Shown here: positions 58,218 to 64,000 of the stretch, piece by piece | Layout: each line of letters starts with the position of its first letter | How positions within the stretch are numbered: the first letter of the stretch is position 1 | The notes under the pieces: generated by a model | What the model was told of the DNA's origin: nothing | Seen by the model: only the letters and a program-made list of their open reading frames with translations | Databases searched by the model: none | Assembly (NCBI GenBank): GCA_025057015.1 | Contig: JANWYG010000022.1 | Span: 26,864 to 90,863 of the forward strand | Direction: 5' to 3' | Length of the DNA: 64,000 nucleotides | Source of the DNA: Blastocatellia bacterium | Lineage (GTDB): Bacteria; Acidobacteriota; Blastocatellia; Chloracidobacteriales; JADJPF01 | Program-made: the position numbers and the translations under genes

Positions 58218-60212
58218 TTATTTTGAAGCAGTTTGTTCAGGGCCAAATATCTTGTCGAGGGTCTCTTTATATACGACCAACTTGCCGCTTTCCTTGAGTT
58301 TCTTCTTTATGCCGTCGATGTAAGCGTTGAAGGTCATTTCGCGTCGATCGAAAGCAAGTCTCTCTTCAATTGACCTCGACTGTTCGTTGAATTTGGTCAT
58401 ATCGGGTTCGGTGCGCTTGACTGCAGCTATGGCAATGTATCTATCACTTACTACGACAGGTTTATCGGTTGCAGTACCTTCCTTCAGCTGCATTATAGCG
58501 GCCTCTAATTGTGTTCCGGAACCTGCGGAGTCAAGATAAGAGCCAACCTTGTAGTCATCTTTGGTGTAGGTCTTGAGTCCTTCTTTTTCTGCGCTGGCTT
58601 TGAGTGCGTCAGCTTTACCTGCAGCAGCAGCAATTGCTGCTTGCACCTTTTGTTTGCAAATTTCTCTGGCTTTCTCTTGTTTGTACTTCTGCTCTACTTT
58701 GGTCTTAGCTTCATCGAAACTCGGAATAAGGCCAGGTTCACGGGTGTCTGCTAGCATAGGTATAGCAAAGCCGCCGCGTATACCTACTTTCTCACCAACG
58801 TCGCCGGGCTTGAGTTTAGCGGTAGCTTCCTCGAACGAAGGATTGCTGCCTATATCTGGCACGTCATCGCCTTCTGCAAAGAAGGGAGTTTGTTTATATG
58901 TCTCTTCAGGTTTGCTGCCTATCTTTTCGGCTATGATTGCTGCTACTGCTTTTATATCTTTCTTTTCTCGCAGTAGTTTTGCAGCTTCATCAGCTATCTC
59001 TGAAGCACGTTTGTATGAAAGTCGGTTGCGTGCCGAAGCAAGTAGTGCTTCTTTTGCCTCTTCGAAGGTCTTAGTCCGGCGTTCGACAAGTTTGAGTATG
59101 TAGTATGCCTTGCCTTCGTGGATAGGATCGCTTATCTCGCCTTCTTTTAGGTTGAGAGCATTCATCAAGTAACTGCCGGGTTTGATGTCTTCTCTCTTGA
59201 TGAAACCAAGGTCACCTCCCTTGTCTTTTGTAGTGGTGTCTTGGGAGTAACCGCGTGCAAGTGCGGCAAAATCTTCTGGCTTGCCTGTGAGAGTGCCACG
59301 TGCGCGAGATACGAGTTCGTTTGCTTTCTCGCGTGCCGTAGGTTCGTCTTTATCTACAAGATACTTGATCACTATCTGACTTACTCGGATGCCAGCTATG
59401 TGCTTTTCAGGATCGAAGTCCTTTCTGAGTTCTTCGTCAGATATGGTCATTGTTTTTGAGACTTGTTCTTGACTGACGTAGACATAGTCTATCTTGCGTT
59501 GTTTTTTATCTGATTTGAAGTCTTCCTTTCTTTGCTCGAAGAAGGCTCTTAGCTCCTCTTCTGTGGGTTTTATCTTATCTAGGAACTCTGCCGGCTCGGC
59601 CACAGTATAGACGAGGTTAAAGGAGGTATTCTCGCGATTAAACTGTTCTTGTATTTCTTTCTTCGAGATGGAGACGCTTCCGGTGACAAAACTGCGTAGC
59701 TTTTCCTCAGCAAGGCTTTCTCTCAGAGATTGCTCGTACTCTTCTAGAGACTGGCCAGAACGTTCTACGAACTTTTTATACTTGTCAAATCCTACCCATT
59801 TTCCGTCGACAGTGAATTGTTCACGGATATGGTTTTGCAGTTCTCTATCGGTGGTTTCTAGGCCTAGGCGTTCGACCTCCATAGCTATGATTTTCCTCTT
59901 TATCAGGTTGTTTAACGCCGTTTTGTCAAGCCCCATAGTCTTGAGCGAGGCATAAGTCATGCCTGAATCGTCCTTTGACAGAAACCCCTGATATGCTCTC
60001 ATCAGCAGGTCCAGACTTTTGGTATATTCCAACGCTGTGATTTCTTTGTCTCCTACCTTAGCTATAAGTTCGTCTTCGCTGACGTTGCTAGAAGTTCCTG
60101 GAATACCCCTAGTGGGCGCGTAAAACATTACCATACCGAATACTACTATGACTGAGATAAAAACCCAGATGAGTTTCTGAGAGCGTTTCCTCTCGTTGAG
60201 AAACCTGAGCAT
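58218..60212 (-). CDS. PpiD/SurA-like membrane-anchored periplasmic chaperone with parvulin domain
   Basis: N-terminal TM, IAKVGDKEIT SurA-N domain, FAALARGYSQD..TKDKGGDLG rotamase. Confidence 0.88.
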   Translation of the reverse strand: MLRFLNERKRSQKLIWVFISVIVVFGMVMFYAPTRGIPGTSSNVSEDELIAKVGDKEITALEYTKSLDLLMRAYQGFLSKDDSGMTYASLKTMGLDKTALNNLIKRKIIAMEVERLGLETTDRELQNHIREQFTVDGKWVGFDKYKKFVERSGQSLEEYEQSLRESLAEEKLRSFVTGSVSISKKEIQEQFNRENTSFNLVYTVAEPAEFLDKIKPTEEELRAFFEQRKEDFKSDKKQRKIDYVYVSQEQVSKTMTISDEELRKDFDPEKHIAGIRVSQIVIKYLVDKDEPTAREKANELVSRARGTLTGKPEDFAALARGYSQDTTTKDKGGDLGFIKREDIKPGSYLMNALNLKEGEISDPIHEGKAYYILKLVERRTKTFEEAKEALLASARNRLSYKRASEIADEAAKLLREKKDIKAVAAIIAEKIGSKPEETYKQTPFFAEGDDVPDIGSNPSFEEATAKLKPGDVGEKVGIRGGFAIPMLADTREPGLIPSFDEAKTKVEQKYKQEKAREICKQKVQAAIAAAAGKADALKASAEKEGLKTYTKDDYKVGSYLDSAGSGTQLEAAIMQLKEGTATDKPVVVSDRYIAIAAVKRTEPDMTKFNEQSRSIEERLAFDRREMTFNAYIDGIKKKLKESGKLVVYKETLDKIFGPEQTASK

Positions 60213-60294
60213 TACGAAACCTCCTAACTATAAGCCGGTGGCTAGGTAAGTAAGCGAAAATAAGAATTGTAGTTAATACTTTTGATATACGCAA

Positions 60295-60924
60295 TCAGTC
60301 GAAGCGTTCAGGTTCGGCTTCCAGGCCTCTGAGCATGGTATCGACGACGTGGTCAATTAAGTCGTTACGATCTACCCAAGGATAGTCTCTGTGTACAATC
60401 AGCAGTGAAGTAATTCCGTGAATTCCTGCCCACAGTCCCTGACTAACCATTTTAGCATCTAGTTTAAGGAAGCGTCCTTGTTGTATGCACTCAACTACTT
60501 TAGACATCAGTTCCTCGAATGCTTGTCTACCTTTGGAGGACTCACGCGTGTAGTGGTCTAGATCTTCTAGGTAACCGGGGTGTACTATAAACGCTACTTT
60601 GTAGTGATTTGGATGGCTTAACCCAAATTCTATGTAGGCTCGTAGAGCCTTTCTGAGGCAGACGACCGGATCATCACAGCTGTTTTTGAGCGAACGCATA
60701 ATTTCGAGCAGATTTTCAAAAGTCTCGTCGCATATGCAGCGCAACAGCTCAGCTTTATCTTTAAAGTGCAGGTATATCGTCGTTGGTGAGTAGTCTATTT
60801 TTTCAGCTATTTTGCGCATAGAGACATTATCGTAGCCTTCTTTCGCAAATAGCTCTCTAGCTGCATTTAGTATCTCTTGCCGAAGCATTCTGCGTTGACG
60901 CTCACGGCGCTCTTTTGTGCCCAT
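60295..60924 (-). CDS. TetR-family regulator (WHG-type C-terminal domain)
   Basis: SMRKIAEKIDYSPTTIYLHFKDK; WAGIHG. Confidence 0.93.
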   Translation of the reverse strand: MGTKERRERQRRMLRQEILNAARELFAKEGYDNVSMRKIAEKIDYSPTTIYLHFKDKAELLRCICDETFENLLEIMRSLKNSCDDPVVCLRKALRAYIEFGLSHPNHYKVAFIVHPGYLEDLDHYTRESSKGRQAFEELMSKVVECIQQGRFLKLDAKMVSQGLWAGIHGITSLLIVHRDYPWVDRNDLIDHVVDTMLRGLEAEPERFD

Positions 60925-61024
60925 AGAGATGAATTTCCTGAGAATTTTAGGGCAGCAGAGCCTATTTCTGCTGCAAAACGGAATGGTAAAAAATAGTCGG
61001 CAGTTTATCTGGCTGTCAAGCGCG

Positions 61025-61570
61025 TCAAGAGGCAGCTACACCTGCATCTTCTAGGAAGAGATATTTACGCCATTCGGGTCGGCTTTCAGCTGCATGTGCG
61101 AGGATCGCTCGATCAAGCCCATAGTAGAAGGCGCTGGGATTGGATAAAAGCGGCATCCTAGCTTCCTCTGGTGTGCGGTCACCTTTGCGCTGGTTACACT
61201 CAAAGCATGCTGCGCAGAGATTTTCTGGTACAGTCTGTCCTCCGCGAGAGCGCGGCAGGATGTGATCTATGGTTAGCTCGAAGGCCGTGCCTTTGCGGCC
61301 GCAGTACTGGCAGCGGTAGCGATCTCGCATCAAGATGCTCAATCGTTTGCTTGCTGAGCGGCGACGGCGTGAGTGGATGTCTACGTAGTTTTTTAGCCTT
61401 ATTACAGACGGCATGCTGAAGGTGTATCTAGGTGAGCGAAGTACCATTCCATCGACGTACTCCAGTACTTCGACAGCACCCTTCCACATAAGCCGCACCG
61501 CACGCGGTGCAGAGATCATACCGAGTGCTTCGTAAGATGCGTTGAGCAGCAGTACCTTCTTAGAAAACAT
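61025..61570 (-). CDS. HNH endonuclease family protein
   Basis: VLLLNASYE, PSVIRL, RDRYRCQYCG, DHILPRSRGG, CFECNQRKG.RTPEEA. Confidence 0.93.
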   Translation of the reverse strand: MFSKKVLLLNASYEALGMISAPRAVRLMWKGAVEVLEYVDGMVLRSPRYTFSMPSVIRLKNYVDIHSRRRRSASKRLSILMRDRYRCQYCGRKGTAFELTIDHILPRSRGGQTVPENLCAACFECNQRKGDRTPEEARMPLLSNPSAFYYGLDRAILAHAAESRPEWRKYLFLEDAGVAAS

Positions 61571-61697
61571 GCTTTTTGGCCTCGCCGATCCTCCTGTCTA
61601 TATAAATTATCAGCTATGTAGCCTTGCACAATAACAAAAATCTCAAGTTAACCGGGATTTTACCCCTAAATCCTGCGGTATCTTGTTCTGCATGTAT

Positions 61698-63029
61698 TCA
61701 CTCAATTCTGACCGAATCTACTATGTCTGCAAATAGACGATCATAGCGGGGCTGCTCTTCCGTAGGTACGACGGTAATGATATAGAACAAGCTGCCTTCG
61801 GGTAGCAGTGTAGTGTATAGGGTCACGGACTCATCTTTAGCAGTAATTTCAGATCGGTTTGAGAGTTGGAGCATAAGTGCTTCTCGACGGTCTATAGCTG
61901 TATAACTTGCTCTTCCTTGTCGACGTAGTTTTGGATTACCTTCAGTCAGTTGGTCGAGGAAGCGCTCGGTAGCCTTTTCAAGATCCCTGCTTTGCGTCCT
62001 TACAGTACCGGCTATAACGCAGTGGCTAAAGGCAGTCTGCTGACCTACACGGGCATATCCGCCTTCGGGAGCAAACGTGACCGAGTTTTCGTCCTCTAGT
62101 TCTCTCCAATTCTGAGGGACAGAAATGCGAAACAGGCTAGCTCGATACGTTCGCATCCTAGAAGACGGTGAGTCAACTCTGCTACCTAGACGGGATGTTG
62201 AGCTTCTCATAAGATGACGTACTAGTTCCTGTATGCGGGCAAATTCTTTGTTGTTTCGAGGCGAATTTGCTATCCGTAAGCTTTGGGCCTCTTTGTTTAT
62301 TGCACTGTAACGATTTCCGGGGTTGGGATGACTGCTTAACCATTCCGGACCGCCGCGACCACCAGATGCTCTTTCTATCGTCTGAAACATGTTTGCTAGG
62401 TCGCGAGGATCGTATCCTGCTGCTGCCATGATCTGTGCTCCAAGCAAATCGGCTTGCCGCTCGTGTTCACGGCTGAACTTAAGTAGATACGCCCCAAAAC
62501 CTATCTGGCTACCTTGTGCTATCGCAGTACCTGTGTTACCGCCGACTATAGACCCTAAGATAGTGCCTACTACTGCTCCTATCTGGTACTTTCTGCCCTG
62601 TGCAAGCTGCGCCGTACCATGTCTAAGTGCTACGTGCGCTATCTCATGAGCCATTACACCTGCGAGTTCTCCTTCATTTCTGGCTACGTCTATCAACCCA
62701 GTATTGACGTAAGTGTACCCTCCGGGCAAGGCAAAGGCGTTTATGTCGGCTGACTCTACTACTTTGAAGGAATACTCAAATTCAGGATATTGAAACTGCG
62801 ACGGAATACTGTTTACTAGGTGGCGGCCTAAACGCATGATATATCTTTCGACTTCGGGATCATCGAGTATCTTGAGTTGCTCAGTCACCTCAGCGTTTGC
62901 CTGTCGACCTAGCTTTACGTCATCCGAGGGCCGGTATGGATTTTTGGGTGGTGTGATGCGCGTTTGTGCATTGAAGGAAATCTCCAAGATAATAAATGCC
63001 AACAAAATAGATGTTAGTCGTTTTGTCAT
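61698..63029 (-). CDS. M48-family metalloprotease (BepA/YfgC-like) with extra C-terminal domain
   Basis: Signal peptide, INAFALPGG, HEIAH, FSREHERQAD, LSSHP. Confidence 0.92.
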   Translation of the reverse strand: MTKRLTSILLAFIILEISFNAQTRITPPKNPYRPSDDVKLGRQANAEVTEQLKILDDPEVERYIMRLGRHLVNSIPSQFQYPEFEYSFKVVESADINAFALPGGYTYVNTGLIDVARNEGELAGVMAHEIAHVALRHGTAQLAQGRKYQIGAVVGTILGSIVGGNTGTAIAQGSQIGFGAYLLKFSREHERQADLLGAQIMAAAGYDPRDLANMFQTIERASGGRGGPEWLSSHPNPGNRYSAINKEAQSLRIANSPRNNKEFARIQELVRHLMRSSTSRLGSRVDSPSSRMRTYRASLFRISVPQNWRELEDENSVTFAPEGGYARVGQQTAFSHCVIAGTVRTQSRDLEKATERFLDQLTEGNPKLRRQGRASYTAIDRREALMLQLSNRSEITAKDESVTLYTTLLPEGSLFYIITVVPTEEQPRYDRLFADIVDSVRIE

Positions 63030-63050
63030 ACTGGCCTCGCTGTAATTAAA

Positions 63051-64000
63051 CTACACCGACTTTGATGTCTGTTGCTTTGTGAAGCGTTGTCGCTTCTCTG
63101 CTACCAGATCGAGTATTCTCTGCGCCAATTCTCGCTTGGTCATTAGTGGTAGCTCCAGTATACCGTCTTCGGAAATGATGCTGACACGGTTTGTATCTAC
63201 ATCAAAGCCGGCATCTGTAGCCGATACGTCATTTGCTATTATCAAGTCTAACTGTTTCTTCTTAAATTTAGTCAAAGCGTTTTCCAACAAATTTTCCGTC
63301 TCTGCGGCAAACCCTACTATGACTTGGCCAGGTTTTTTAACTTTGCTAACTGCAGCGAGTATGTCAGGCGTAGCTTCCAGTTCTAAGCTGAGTACCTTAT
63401 CCTTTTTGATCTTTTGGCCTGCGATGACTTTAGGGCGGTAGTCGCAAACAGCGGCGGTTTTGATCAAGATGCTTGTGTTGTCTAAGCGTGAGAGGACAGC
63501 TTCATACATTTCCGAGGCAGAGGTGACAGCGACGACTTCTACGCCCTGTGGCCGAGGCAATGCAGTAGGTCCGGTTATTAGTATAACTTTTGCACCTCTT
63601 TTGTGTGCAGCTTCTGCCAAAGCATAGCCCATCTTTCCAGAAGAGCGGTTAGTGATGAACCTGATCGGGTCAAGATACTCACGAGTAGGACCTGCGGTAA
63701 CTAACACGCTTTCTCCTACGAAATCCTGTTTCTGGTACTGACCTAGTATTTCGGCGGCACGTCTGGCTATCACTTCGGGTTCAGCTAGTCTTCCCTGCCC
63801 TTGCATTCCGCAAGCAAGGTAGCCTTCTGCCGGTTCTACAAACTCTACGCCGCGGCGCTTGAGCAGTTCGATGTTGGCCTGCGTAGCGGGATGCTGCCAC
63901 ATATGGACATTCATTGCTGGCGCAAGCATCACTGGAGCTGGCGTAGAGATATAGAGTGTAGAGAGAAGATCATCAGCGATGCCATGAGCAAACTTTGCCA
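63051..64000 (-). CDS. coaBC: Bifunctional phosphopantothenoylcysteine decarboxylase/synthetase, 5'-truncated
   Basis: APAMN..MW, LACG..G.GRL, TAGPTREYLDPIRFITNRSSGKMG, VGFAAET. Confidence 0.97.
   Translation of the reverse strand, partial: AKFAHGIADDLLSTLYISTPAPVMLAPAMNVHMWQHPATQANIELLKRRGVEFVEPAEGYLACGMQGQGRLAEPEVIARRAAEILGQYQKQDFVGESVLVTAGPTREYLDPIRFITNRSSGKMGYALAEAAHKRGAKVILITGPTALPRPQGVEVVAVTSASEMYEAVLSRLDNTSILIKTAAVCDYRPKVIAGQKIKKDKVLSLELEATPDILAAVSKVKKPGQVIVGFAAETENLLENALTKFKKKQLDLIIANDVSATDAGFDVDTNRVSIISEDGILELPLMTKRELAQRILDLVAEKRQRFTKQQTSKSV

Noticed and set aside
60952-60974. Hairpin GCAGCAGA-N7-TCTGCTGC as terminator of the HNH gene
   Set aside because: No U-tract follows on the transcribed strand; it could be a TetR operator but this is unsupported.
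61025-61570. HNH gene as a mobile element or defence system
   Set aside because: It belongs to a widespread stand-alone HNH type; no flanking repeats, methylase or intron context.

Overview
A gene-dense bacterial chromosome segment with no phage, IS element, rRNA or true CRISPR array. It is probably near the replication origin, because it carries mnmG-rsmG-parA-parB with parS sites. Gene content (CRTAC1/multiheme-TPR pair, zinc-ribbon Ser/Thr kinase, PilZ proteins) suggests Acidobacteriota, which is an inference. Housekeeping blocks are scpAB-rluB, folK-panBC, gap-pgk-tpiA-secG-tRNA-Leu(GAG), recG and coaBC. The main candidates for new biology are: (1) an apparent operon of degenerate biosynthetic enzymes around a signalling protein: hisIE with a dead cyclohydrolase domain, a TrpE paralog lacking several catalytic residues but keeping the Trp-binding motifs, a 1396-aa kinase/degenerate GGDEF/STAND ATPase/TPR protein, a cyclophilin and an intact TrpG; (2) a SycD/LcrH-like chaperone next to a lipase-fold putative secreted effector; (3) a Rieske/cytochrome b complex flanked by two CydA-like subunits, one fused to heme c; (4) an exact 39-bp direct repeat with a 32-bp insert that creates a CxxC mini-ORF ahead of a pentaheme-TPR gene; (5) an exported metallopeptidase fused in frame to MsrA with an internal RBS. 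All calls are from visual motif recognition; no database searches were run.
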